DNA from: Micrococcales bacterium
Lineage (GTDB): Bacteria > Actinomycetota > Actinomycetes > S36-B12 > UBA10799
Length of the DNA: 64,000 bases
Direction: 5' to 3'
Assembly: GCA_016703125.1 (NCBI GenBank)
Contig: JADJCR010000003.1
Coordinates: 129,267-193,266 of the forward strand
The notes under the pieces are model-generated. The model did no database searches. It had not been told where the DNA came from and was given only the letters and a program-made list of their open reading frames with translations. Of the stretch, positions 48,547 through 56,795 are shown piece after piece (position 1 is the stretch's first letter; every line of letters begins with the position of its first letter). The position numbers were made by a program, and so were the translations under genes.

Positions 48547-49244
48547 GCCGGGACCCGCGCAACGCACGCTTCCTCACCTGGGCGTCGCTGAAGTGGGTCG
48601 TGCGCAATCGTGCCTGGTCGTTCTGGTACCTCGTTCGCTACTGGCGGTTCTTCTGGTTGAAAGTGCGCCATCCGCACATCGTCACCGAGGGCTTCGTCTT
48701 CATCGGCCGGCGTGCGGAACTCTACGCCCGGAAGGGATACGGTCAACTGATCCTCGGGCGCTGGGTGCATGTTGGGGAGGAGAACCGCCTGCGCGTGCAC
48801 GAGGGGACGCTGCGGGTCGGCGACAAGACGGTCTTCGGCCGCGACAACACCATCAACACCTACCTGGACATCGAGATCGGCGCCAGCTGCATCGTCGCGG
48901 ATTGGGTGTACATCTGCGACTTCGACCACGTCTTCGACGATGTGAGCCTGCCGATCAAGGACCAGGGGATCGTGAAGAGTCCGGTGCGGATCGGCCCGGA
49001 CTGCTGGCTGGGCGCGAAGGTCACCGTCACCCGCGGCACCTTCGTGGGCGAGGGCTGTGTGCTGGCCGCCAACTCCGTGGTCCGCGGCACGATCCCGCCG
49101 AAGTCCGTGGTGGGTGGGGTGCCTGCCCGCGTGCTCAAGGACCGGCAGGTGCAGTTCGACGCGGCCGCCGCGCGCCGGGCGGCGCTGGCCGACATCGCGC
49201 GCAAGACCCGGGTGGCCGCCGAGGAGCAGCGCCGGCAGGGATGA
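48543..49244 (+). CDS. hexapeptide-repeat (left-handed beta-helix) acyl/acetyltransferase (Rv3034c-like)
   Basis: GTG 48543 overlaps the methyltransferase stop (GTGA). VSRDPRNARFLTW... Repeats ...IGASCIVADWVYI..., IGPDCWLGAKVTVTRGTFVGEGCVLAANSVV. Confidence 0.8.
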   Translation: MSRDPRNARFLTWASLKWVVRNRAWSFWYLVRYWRFFWLKVRHPHIVTEGFVFIGRRAELYARKGYGQLILGRWVHVGEENRLRVHEGTLRVGDKTVFGRDNTINTYLDIEIGASCIVADWVYICDFDHVFDDVSLPIKDQGIVKSPVRIGPDCWLGAKVTVTRGTFVGEGCVLAANSVVRGTIPPKSVVGGVPARVLKDRQVQFDAAAARRAALADIARKTRVAAEEQRRQG

Positions 49245-49298
49245 CAGGCCGGGCGAACACGGGCCCTCCGGACCCCGTTTACGGCTACCCTGATCGGC

Positions 49299-50768
49299 AT
49301 GAACGGGCACCCCGAATTCGAGGCACTCGAAGCCGCTCTGCCCGACATGGCCCGCACCTTCGTGGCCGATCCCGCGGCGCCGCACTGCCTCGTGGTGGTG
49401 CCGAGCATGTCGTTCGACCAGCAGTTGCTGCGCAACGTGGTCGGCGTCGAGCACTACGAGGAGCGATTGCTGGCGATGCTGCTGCAGTTGCACACCCCCA
49501 ACGTCCATGTGGTGTTCTGCTCCAGCGGCCCGATCAAGGATGTCATCGTCGAGTACTACCTTGACCTCATCCCGGGGGTGCCGGTGTCGCACTCCCGGCC
49601 CCGGTTGACCATGATCAGCTGCGACGACCTCTCGCACCGCCCGCTGACGGAGAAACTGCTCGAACGGCCCGGCCGCCTGCGGGAGATCCGTGAGGAGGTG
49701 GACCGTTCCCGGGCCGCCGCCATCGTGTGTATGAACACCACTGACCTGGAACGCAAGCTCGCGACGGAACTCGGCGTGCCGTTGCTGGGCAACCCGCCCG
49801 ACCGCGACCACCTGGGCTCCAAGTCCGGCAGCCGGGACGCCTTCCGCGAGGCCGGCATCGACTTGCCCGCCGGCTTCGAGCACCTGACCTCCATGGACGA
49901 CGTGGTCACCGCGCTGGCCGCCCTCAAGCGCGAACATCCCGACCTGCTGGCGGGGGTGGTCAAACTCGAGGAGGGCTTCTCCGGCGAGGGCAATGCGATC
50001 TTCCGCTACGAGCACGGCACGGATGAGGCGTCGATCCGGGAGGCGCTGCCGAAGCACCTGAAGATGCAGGCGCCGGCGGAGGACTACGCGTCGTTCAGCG
50101 CCCGCTTCGAGGACATGGGTGGCATCGTCGAGGAGTTCGTCAACGGGGTCTCGGCCTCCCCATCCGGGCAGGGCTACATCGGCCCGCTGGGCACCCTGCG
50201 GGCGCTGAGCACGCACGACCAACTCCTCGGCGGCGCCGATGGTCAAGTGTTCGAGGGCTCGACGTTCCCCGCGGCCGCGCGGTACCGGCGGCGCGTTCAG
50301 GACGACACCATGAGAGTCGGCGAGGTGCTGCAGGCGCAGGGCGCCCGGGGACGCTTCGCTGTGGACTTCGTGGAGGCGGGCGACCGGCTGTGCGCCATCG
50401 AGATCAACCTGCGCAAGGGCGGCACGACACACCCGATGCTCACGATGGCGGTGATCACCGAGGGGCACTACGACCCCGGATCCGGAGTGTTCCGAACCGG
50501 GTCGGGTGCCGAGAAGTGCTACTACGCCACCGACAACCTGCGTTCGGAGTCCTACCGGGGGATCTCGGTGCCGGACCTGCTCGACGCTGCGGTGACCCGC
50601 CGGTTGACGTTCGACCCGGTCACTGAGCGCGGCTGTGTGTTCCACATGCTCGGCGCACTCTCGGAATACGGCAAGGTCGGCGTCACCTGCATCGCCGACA
50701 CGCTAGAGGACGCGATCAGCGACTACCGTGCTGTCGTGGACATGGTGGACGCACTGGGCGCCCACTGA
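49299..50768 (+). CDS. ATP-grasp-like ligase family protein (PGM1-related peptide-ligase family by recollection)
   Basis: 489 aa. CLVVVPSMSFDQQLL...EHYEERLLAMLLQL pre-ATP-grasp-like N-terminus. VKLEEGFSGEGNAIF, GRFAVDFV, AIEINLRKGGTTHP ATP-grasp-like core. Confidence 0.55.
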   Translation: MNGHPEFEALEAALPDMARTFVADPAAPHCLVVVPSMSFDQQLLRNVVGVEHYEERLLAMLLQLHTPNVHVVFCSSGPIKDVIVEYYLDLIPGVPVSHSRPRLTMISCDDLSHRPLTEKLLERPGRLREIREEVDRSRAAAIVCMNTTDLERKLATELGVPLLGNPPDRDHLGSKSGSRDAFREAGIDLPAGFEHLTSMDDVVTALAALKREHPDLLAGVVKLEEGFSGEGNAIFRYEHGTDEASIREALPKHLKMQAPAEDYASFSARFEDMGGIVEEFVNGVSASPSGQGYIGPLGTLRALSTHDQLLGGADGQVFEGSTFPAAARYRRRVQDDTMRVGEVLQAQGARGRFAVDFVEAGDRLCAIEINLRKGGTTHPMLTMAVITEGHYDPGSGVFRTGSGAEKCYYATDNLRSESYRGISVPDLLDAAVTRRLTFDPVTERGCVFHMLGALSEYGKVGVTCIADTLEDAISDYRAVVDMVDALGAH

Positions 50769-50784
50769 AGGCCGGAGGTCACCC

Positions 50785-51069
50785 ATGTGTGGTTGCTTCG
50801 TCGTGGCGCTTGGCGCCTTCTTCCCGCGCGTCGCACTGGTGTTGCTGTGGCTGTTCGGCGACACCGTGGAGAGGGCGTTCGACAACAACTGGCTCATCCC
50901 GCTGCTGGGCCTGCTCCTGCTGCCGTACACGACCCTGTCCTACGTGCTGCTCTACTGGTGGCTCGGCGAGGTGACCGGCTTCACGTGGTTCTTCATCGTG
51001 CTGGCCTTCTTCCTCGACCTCGGGTCCTACGCGAGTTCGGCGCGGACGCGCAACTACCGGGCGGCCTGA
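50785..51069 (+). CDS. small integral membrane protein, unknown function
   Basis: Track ORF 50728..51069 trimmed to ATG 50785, preceded by GGAGGT. 94 aa with three hydrophobic helices (MCGCFVVALGAFFPRVALVLLWLF...). Confidence 0.55.
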   Translation: MCGCFVVALGAFFPRVALVLLWLFGDTVERAFDNNWLIPLLGLLLLPYTTLSYVLLYWWLGEVTGFTWFFIVLAFFLDLGSYASSARTRNYRAA

Positions 51070-51070
51070 G

Positions 51071-52267
51071 TCACCAGACCGGGTGGCGCGGGGCGGCCGT
51101 TGCCCTTTGCGGGTGCGGTCCGCGGGTGCAGGTGCGGTACACCTGATCGGTGCGCGCCGCGATGTCGGACCACCGGTAGTGGCGCAGAGCCGCTGTTGCG
51201 GCATCGCGGCGGCGAGCGGTCCCGACCGGGTCGGACCACGCAGCGTTGATCTGGTCGGCCAGGTCCTGCGGGTCACCAGGTCGGCAGCGGCGGCCCCGGT
51301 CGTCGGTGACGAATTCGGCGAGACCTCCGGTGTCGCCGACGACGAGCGGCACCCCGGCCGCAGCACCCTCGAGGGCCACGATCCCGAACGGTTCGTAGGA
51401 ACTGGGTGCGATGAGCAGGTCGGAACTCCCGTACACCGCCTGCAGGGTCGCTTCGTCGACGTGTCCGAGCAGGGACACGTGGGACTGCAGGCCGGCCGCG
51501 GCGATCCGGTCGGCGACCTCATGGGACTTGCCGCCGGTGCCCACCATCCGCAACCGGGCTTGTGGGTGTGCGCGCAGGACGTGCGGCATGGCGTCCACGG
51601 CGGTGAAGACGCCCTTCTCCCATTCGAGGCGTCCAACGAAACTGATGCGTGGCGACCCGTCGAGAAGATCCGCGGGCACGCGGACGGGTTCGGTCCGGGC
51701 CGCAGGGTCGATCCCGTTCGGGATGACCGTGATGCGGCTGCGGTCCACGTGGTGGCCGCGGACCACCTCCTCGGCCATGCTCGACGAGCACACGATCAGG
51801 CCATCGGCCTCGTCGACGAGCCACTGCTCCACAAGATGGACCCCGCGCGCGACGTCGTCGGGGAGCCAGCCGTTGTGCCGCCCCGCCTCGGTGGCGTGCA
51901 CAGTCGCGATCAGCGTCACCCCCAGGTGCGTCGCAGCGGTGCTGCCGGCGCGTCCGACCACCCAGTCGTGGGCGTGCAGGACATCCGCGCCCGTCACAGC
52001 GCGCGCCGCCTGCCCGATGCGGGCATCCAGGCTGCCGACCCAGGTGAGCAGGGACGGGAGGTGGTAGGGGAACGGTCCGTCCGGTGCCACCCGCACGACC
52101 TCGACCCCGGCCAGTTCCTCGCGTGACGCTGCACCTTCGGGCTGCTGGGTGACCACAGTGACCTCGTCGCCATTGGCTGCCTGCGCGGTCGCGAGTGCAT
52201 GCACGTGCCGGCCCAGACCGCCGTAGACGACCGGTGGGTACTCCCAGGTCAGGTGGACGACGTGCAC
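51071..52267 (-). CDS. GT4 glycosyltransferase (Rv3032-like alpha-1,4-glucosyltransferase / glycogen-synthase-like)
   Basis: This is the C-terminal 398 aa of track ORF 51071..53716, starting at GTG 52267 (VHVVHLTWEYPPVVYGGLGRHV...). FVGRLEWEKG and PSSYEPFGIVALEGAAAGVPLV are the GT4 EX7E region. Confidence 0.85.
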   Translation of the reverse strand: MHVVHLTWEYPPVVYGGLGRHVHALATAQAANGDEVTVVTQQPEGAASREELAGVEVVRVAPDGPFPYHLPSLLTWVGSLDARIGQAARAVTGADVLHAHDWVVGRAGSTAATHLGVTLIATVHATEAGRHNGWLPDDVARGVHLVEQWLVDEADGLIVCSSSMAEEVVRGHHVDRSRITVIPNGIDPAARTEPVRVPADLLDGSPRISFVGRLEWEKGVFTAVDAMPHVLRAHPQARLRMVGTGGKSHEVADRIAAAGLQSHVSLLGHVDEATLQAVYGSSDLLIAPSSYEPFGIVALEGAAAGVPLVVGDTGGLAEFVTDDRGRRCRPGDPQDLADQINAAWSDPVGTARRRDAATAALRHYRWSDIAARTDQVYRTCTRGPHPQRATAAPRHPVW

Positions 52268-53706
52268 TACAACAACCGCGGGTCTAGGTGGCCGAACGGC
52301 CGTTCCGCCAGAGGTGCCTGCGGCCGGCCGGTCTCGATGGCTGCGGCGATGCGTTCGAAGTGCCGGTGGTGCTCGTCGTGGCGTTGCCGCGCGTACCCGG
52401 CAGCGCTGTCCTTGGTCACCATGAAGGCCCAGTCGCTGGAAAGGGCCAGCAGGGCCTGGGTCGCGAGGTCCACCCTTCGGGCGTCGCGGCTCTCGGGGTC
52501 CGCCGATTTCAGCCAGCGCCGAACGAGATCTTCGTTGTCGTCGATCATGTCCGACACCTGCGGACCGGCCCACACCCGGAAGTCCTTGCCGCTGCCCCAT
52601 GAGCCCGGCCCGGGGTCGATGCGCCCGGCAACATCGGTGCTGGCGCGGGCCAGGGTGGTGATCTCGACGCCGGCCTGCGGCAACAAGGTGAGGACCCGTT
52701 CCAGCCACTGCGGCCCCTCGTGCCACCAATGCCCGAACAACTCGGTGTCGTAGGCGGCAACGACCAGTGGATCGGGCCGGGTCCGGCGCAGTTCCAGGAG
52801 GCGCCGGCGGACCACGGTGACGAAGTCCTCGGCGTCGCGTTCCACGGCCCGGGCTGCGGCAGCCTCGTCGTAGGGTGCCTTGTCCGTGCCGTGGACGGCG
52901 CCGGAGGTCACCCGGCGGGTCCGGAAGCCCGCATCGTCCACCACGTGGAAGTCCCGGTACTCGTGGTGACCCGGGTATCCCTTGCGCGGCGACCAGACGC
53001 GGTACGTCACATCCAGGTCGCGGCCGAACGCGACCACGCCGGTGTCCCCGACGGTCCACGCACTGTGCGTTCCCCGGCCGACGTGCAGCATCGTCGGGCC
53101 GTCCAGGAGGAAATGACGTACGCCGGCGCGGTCGTAGACCTCCTCCAGCCCCGGCCGGTACCCGCACTCGGGCGCCCAGATGCCCTGCGGGGCGGTGCCG
53201 AAGCGGACGGTGTGGTCGTCGAGTCCCGTCCGCAGGCTGAACGCCGCGACCCGGTCCTCGAGCAGCGGCTGGAACGGGTGCGTGGCGGGCCCTGCGAGCA
53301 ACTCGATGACACCGGTGTCGGCCAGGGCACGCAGCGCAGGTGAGAAGCCGGCCCGGTATCGGCCCTCGAGGGCTTCTAGCGCCGCGCGCGCGGCCCGGGC
53401 CTCGCGCGCCGCCGCTCCGGGATCGTGAGCGGCGAGTTCCTGGGTGCGCCACAGCCAGTCGGCGACCCACGTGCGGGCTCCTGCCAGGCACTGCGGATCG
53501 TCGAGTTGCGCTGCGAGGACTGGGGTGACGCCGATGGTCACGAGGTCGCGGGCGCCGGTGTCGGCCAACCGTCGCAGGGCGTCGAGCACGGGGATATAGC
53601 TGGTAGCGACGGCCTGGTTGAGCCATTCCTCGCCGACCGGCCACCTGCCGTGCCCGCGCAGCCATGGCAGGTGGCTGTGCAGGACGAGTGCGAACCGCCC
53701 GATCAT
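52267..53706 (-). CDS. GH57-family 1,4-alpha-glucan branching-type enzyme (DUF1957; Rv3031-like)
   Basis: Track ORF 52267..54321 trimmed to ATG 53706 (MIGRFALVLHSHLPWLRGHGRWPVGEEWL...). ...AAYDTELFGHWWHEG... Its start overlaps the upstream stop (ATGA). Confidence 0.85.
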   Translation of the reverse strand: MIGRFALVLHSHLPWLRGHGRWPVGEEWLNQAVATSYIPVLDALRRLADTGARDLVTIGVTPVLAAQLDDPQCLAGARTWVADWLWRTQELAAHDPGAAAREARAARAALEALEGRYRAGFSPALRALADTGVIELLAGPATHPFQPLLEDRVAAFSLRTGLDDHTVRFGTAPQGIWAPECGYRPGLEEVYDRAGVRHFLLDGPTMLHVGRGTHSAWTVGDTGVVAFGRDLDVTYRVWSPRKGYPGHHEYRDFHVVDDAGFRTRRVTSGAVHGTDKAPYDEAAAARAVERDAEDFVTVVRRRLLELRRTRPDPLVVAAYDTELFGHWWHEGPQWLERVLTLLPQAGVEITTLARASTDVAGRIDPGPGSWGSGKDFRVWAGPQVSDMIDDNEDLVRRWLKSADPESRDARRVDLATQALLALSSDWAFMVTKDSAAGYARQRHDEHHRHFERIAAAIETGRPQAPLAERPFGHLDPRLL

Positions 53707-54458
53707 GAGGCCACAACCACGAGGTCCAGGCTTGTGTCCACGTCGTAGCCCGTGACGGTGAAGTCGTTCACCGTCACACTGCTGACGAATTCCTCGAGTT
53801 CGGCCGGCCAGTGCCCCGACAACGACGCATCGATCTGATCGGCGATGATGGCTGGGCGCTGGGACAGACGTGCCCCGTGGTGCACGCCGAACATCTCGAT
53901 ACGGGTGAACCCCGCTGCGCTCAGCAGGTCCACGAGCTGTTCGGCGTCGAACTCCTCGACGTGGAACGGGTTGGTGGGCTTGGCCCCCCGCGGCAGGCCG
54001 GGGGAGAACGTGAGCCGGTTGGGTGTGCTCAAGCAGGCCCACCCCGCGATGCGCCGGACCTCGCGCAGGAAGCCCGGCAGGTCCCACAGATGCTCCACCA
54101 CCTGCAGGCTGACGACGGCGTCGAGCGGCGCGAAGGGCAGCCCGGCGAGGTTCGCCCGCACGTGTGGCAGGTCGTAGGTCGCCGCGCTGTGCTCGATCGC
54201 AGCCCGGTCGTAGTCGACGGCGACCACCCACGCGCCGGCCTCCCGCAGGATCTGCGCGCCGTACCCCTCCCCGGAGCCCGCCTCGAGGATGCGCTGGCCC
54301 GGGCAGCGGCCCGCGAGCCACCGGTAGACGACCTCGTGCCGGGCGAACCAGTACTGCTCGCGGGCGATCCCGGGCACGGTCCGCTCGCCGGTGAGGGGCA
54401 GGGGGGAGGGCACGCTTCCCAGGCTACGGGCAGGGTGAGGGGGCAGTTCTGGCGCCAT
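53703..54458 (-). CDS. class I SAM-dependent methyltransferase (Rv3030-like)
   Basis: Tail of track ORF 53703..55337. ATG 54458 is the candidate start. RILEAGSGEGYGAQIL motif I. VVSLQVVEHLWDLPGFLREV. Confidence 0.75.
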   Translation of the reverse strand: MAPELPPHPARSLGSVPSPLPLTGERTVPGIAREQYWFARHEVVYRWLAGRCPGQRILEAGSGEGYGAQILREAGAWVVAVDYDRAAIEHSAATYDLPHVRANLAGLPFAPLDAVVSLQVVEHLWDLPGFLREVRRIAGWACLSTPNRLTFSPGLPRGAKPTNPFHVEEFDAEQLVDLLSAAGFTRIEMFGVHHGARLSQRPAIIADQIDASLSGHWPAELEEFVSSVTVNDFTVTGYDVDTSLDLVVVAS

Positions 54459-54539
54459 TCCTACTGGCGAGTAACATTGGTACACGTGCCGCGTGCGACA
54501 GTGCCCGGCCAAGCGCACCCGAGGAGGTTGACCGCGCCC

Positions 54540-55322
54540 ATGAAGATCGTCGTCTGCGTCAAGCAGGTCCCCGACACCTGGTCGGAGAAGAAGCTCGACC
54601 CCGCCACCAAGACCCTCGACCGGGCCTCCGTGGACGGAGTGATGAACGAACTCGACGAGTACGCCGTCGAGGAAGGCCTGAAGATCGCCGAGGCCACCAG
54701 CGGTGAGGTGGTCGTGCTGTCCATGGGTCCCGAGCAGTCCACCGAGACCATCCGCAAGGCCCTGAGCATGGGAGCCGATGCCGGCATCCACATCGTCGAC
54801 GACGGCCTGGCCGGCTCCGACGCCGTCGCCACCTCCCTGGCCATCGCCAAGGTGATCGAGGGCCGAGGCGTCGACCTGATCCTCTTCGGCTCGGAGTCCA
54901 CTGATGCGCGCATGAGCGTGGTGCCGGCGATGGTGGCCGAGCGCCTGGGCCTGCCGCAGTTGACCTTCGCGAACAAGGTGGAAGCCCCGGGCGACGGCTC
55001 GGTGAAGGCCCACCGTGTGACCGACTACGGCTACGACGTTGTCGAGGCCAGCACGCCTGCAGTCGTCTCTGTCGTCGAGAAGATCAACGAGCCCCGCTAC
55101 CCGTCCTTCAAGGGCATCATGGCCGCGAAGAAGAAGCCCGTCGAGACGATCTCCGTGGCCGATGCCGGGATCGAGCCGGCCGCCGTCGGCCTGGGTGCCG
55201 CCTGGAGTGAGGTGGCCGAATTCGCCGCCGCGCCGGCCCGCGCCGCGGGCACGATCGTCACCGACGAGGGTGACGGTGGCGTGAAGATCGCCGATTACCT
55301 GTCCGAGCAGAAGTTCATCTAG
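54540..55322 (+). CDS. etfB: electron transfer flavoprotein beta subunit
   Basis: ATG 54540 is preceded by GAGGAGG. MKIVVCVKQVPDTWSEKKLD... (FixA/EtfB N-terminus). Confidence 0.92.
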   Translation: MKIVVCVKQVPDTWSEKKLDPATKTLDRASVDGVMNELDEYAVEEGLKIAEATSGEVVVLSMGPEQSTETIRKALSMGADAGIHIVDDGLAGSDAVATSLAIAKVIEGRGVDLILFGSESTDARMSVVPAMVAERLGLPQLTFANKVEAPGDGSVKAHRVTDYGYDVVEASTPAVVSVVEKINEPRYPSFKGIMAAKKKPVETISVADAGIEPAAVGLGAAWSEVAEFAAAPARAAGTIVTDEGDGGVKIADYLSEQKFI

Positions 55323-55336
55323 GGAGAACGAACACA

Positions 55337-56290
55337 ATGGCTGAGATTCTGGTACTCGTCGACCACGTCGACGGCTCGGTGAAGAAGACCACCCTCGAAC
55401 TGCTGACGCTGGCCCGGTCCCTGGGTGAGCCGTCGGCGGTGTTCGTCGGCGGTGGCAGCGACAGTGCGGCGGCCACCCTGGCCGAGTACGGCGCGGCGAA
55501 CATCTACGTCGCCGACGCCGCAGAACTGACCGACCACGTGGTCGCCCCCAAGGCCGAACTGCTCGCGCAGCTCGTGTCGGAGAAGTCCCCGGCGGCGGTG
55601 CTCATCACCTCCACCGCTGAGGGCAAGGAGATCGCCGGTCGGCTGGCGATCAAGGCCGGCAGCGGCGTCATCACCGACGCCGTGGGTGTGTCCTCCGATC
55701 TAGTCGCCACGCAGTCGATCTTCGGCGGCTCGACCATCGTGCAGTCGAAGGTCACCCACGGCACCCCGATCATCACGGTGCGTCCGAACTCCACGGCGCC
55801 GGAGGCGGCCCCCGCGGCCGGTGCCCGCAGCGACGTGTCGGTGTCCCTGAGCCCGTCGGCCACGGCGGCGAAGGTCGTGGACCGGGTCAAGGAGGAGAAG
55901 GGCGCTCGCCCCGAACTCACCGAGGCCGCGATCGTGGTCTCCGGCGGTCGTGGTGTGGGCGGTCCGGAGGGCTTCGCACTCATGGAGAAGCTCGCTGACT
56001 CCCTCGACGCAGCGGTGGGTGCCTCGCGGGCGGCCACCGACGCCGGCTGGTACCCCCACCAGTACCAGGTGGGCCAGACCGGCAAGACCGTGTCGCCGCA
56101 GTTGTACATCGCCAACGGCATCTCCGGGGCGATCCAGCACCGCGCCGGCATGCAGACCTCGAAGACGATCATCGTGGTCAACAAGGACCCCGAGGCGCCG
56201 ATCTTCGAACTCGCCGACTACGGCGTGGTGGGTGACCTCTTCGAGGTCGTCCCGCAACTGACCGACGAGATCAGCAAGCGCAAGGCCTGA
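55337..56290 (+). CDS. etfA: electron transfer flavoprotein alpha subunit
   Basis: [13 protein letters not shown]... C-terminal FAD-binding region [13 protein letters not shown]...[19 protein letters not shown]...[12 protein letters not shown]. Confidence 0.92.
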   Translation: MAEILVLVDHVDGSVKKTTLELLTLARSLGEPSAVFVGGGSDSAAATLAEYGAANIYVADAAELTDHVVAPKAELLAQLVSEKSPAAVLITSTAEGKEIAGRLAIKAGSGVITDAVGVSSDLVATQSIFGGSTIVQSKVTHGTPIITVRPNSTAPEAAPAAGARSDVSVSLSPSATAAKVVDRVKEEKGARPELTEAAIVVSGGRGVGGPEGFALMEKLADSLDAAVGASRAATDAGWYPHQYQVGQTGKTVSPQLYIANGISGAIQHRAGMQTSKTIIVVNKDPEAPIFELADYGVVGDLFEVVPQLTDEISKRKA

Positions 56291-56298
56291 TCCGCGAG

Positions 56299-56336
56299 CA
56301 GGCCCCGCCACCAACGCATCCCGGTGGCGGGGCCTG
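56299..56336 (+). terminator. strong GC hairpin 9 nt after the etfA stop
   Basis: caggccccgccacc (56299-56312) and ggtggcggggcctg (56323-56336) are perfect 14-nt complements with a 10-nt loop. It is followed by gtcgtgtt, a weak U-tract. Confidence 0.65.
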
Positions 56337-56383
56337 GTCGTGTTCAGGTGGGCCGGGCCACGGTTCGGTTCCGGGGCGGGGGC

Positions 56384-56660
56384 GGTGGCCGCGGGTTTCG
56401 TAGGCGGGAGTGGTTCGGACGTTGGGGAGTGAAGGAGACCGGTTGGATCGCTCCCGGGTGTACGGATCTCTCCCGGGTGAGTCTGGAGGGCAGCCAGCGC
56501 TCCCCGGTGGCCGCGGGTTTCGTAGGCGGGAGTGATTCGGATGTTGGGGAGTGAAGGAGACCGGTGGGATCGCTCCCCGTTGTACGGATCTCTCCCGGGT
56601 GAGGCTGGAGGGCGCCGCCAGGCCCGTCTCCCGGGTGAGGCTGGAGGGCGCCGCCAGGCC
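56384..56660. repeat. intergenic minisatellite: 2 x 122-bp tandem unit with a nested 36-bp sub-repeat (3 copies)
   Basis: Units 56384-56505 and 56506-~56627 are near identical over their first ~105 nt (about 6 mismatches). The sub-unit tctcccgggtgaggctggagggcgccgccaggcc occurs at 56591-56624 and 56627-56660, with a diverged copy at 56469-56502. Confidence 0.9.
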
Positions 56661-56795
56661 CCGAGCCCGGGTGACCCGCGACCCGCCGACGTCGCCTGAG
56701 CGCGAATGTCCCCACCCCGGGTTAGCCTCGCGATAAGTCACGCGAGCCCTTCCCCATCGCGTGACCCAGGCAGGTGATGGACCGAGGGGTTGCGC

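Noticed and set aside
51071-53716. 881-aa ORF spanning the GT4 and GH57 genes.
   Set aside because: Only the last 398 aa (from GTG 52267) look like a protein (GT4). The upstream 480 codons are an out-of-frame reading of the GH57 gene, which has its own convincing frame (52267..53706).
56384-56660. Possible CRISPR array.
   Set aside because: The repeats are directly tandem with no unique spacers, the unit sizes (122 and 36 bp) are wrong, and no cas genes are nearby.
56324-56736. Three ORFs (56324..56554 +, 56344..56715 -, 56551..56736 +) inside the etfA-MBOAT gap.
   Set aside because: They simply trace the 122-bp/36-bp tandem repeats on both strands. The 122-bp period is not a multiple of three, so the peptide repeats are not maintained. 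There is no coding signature.
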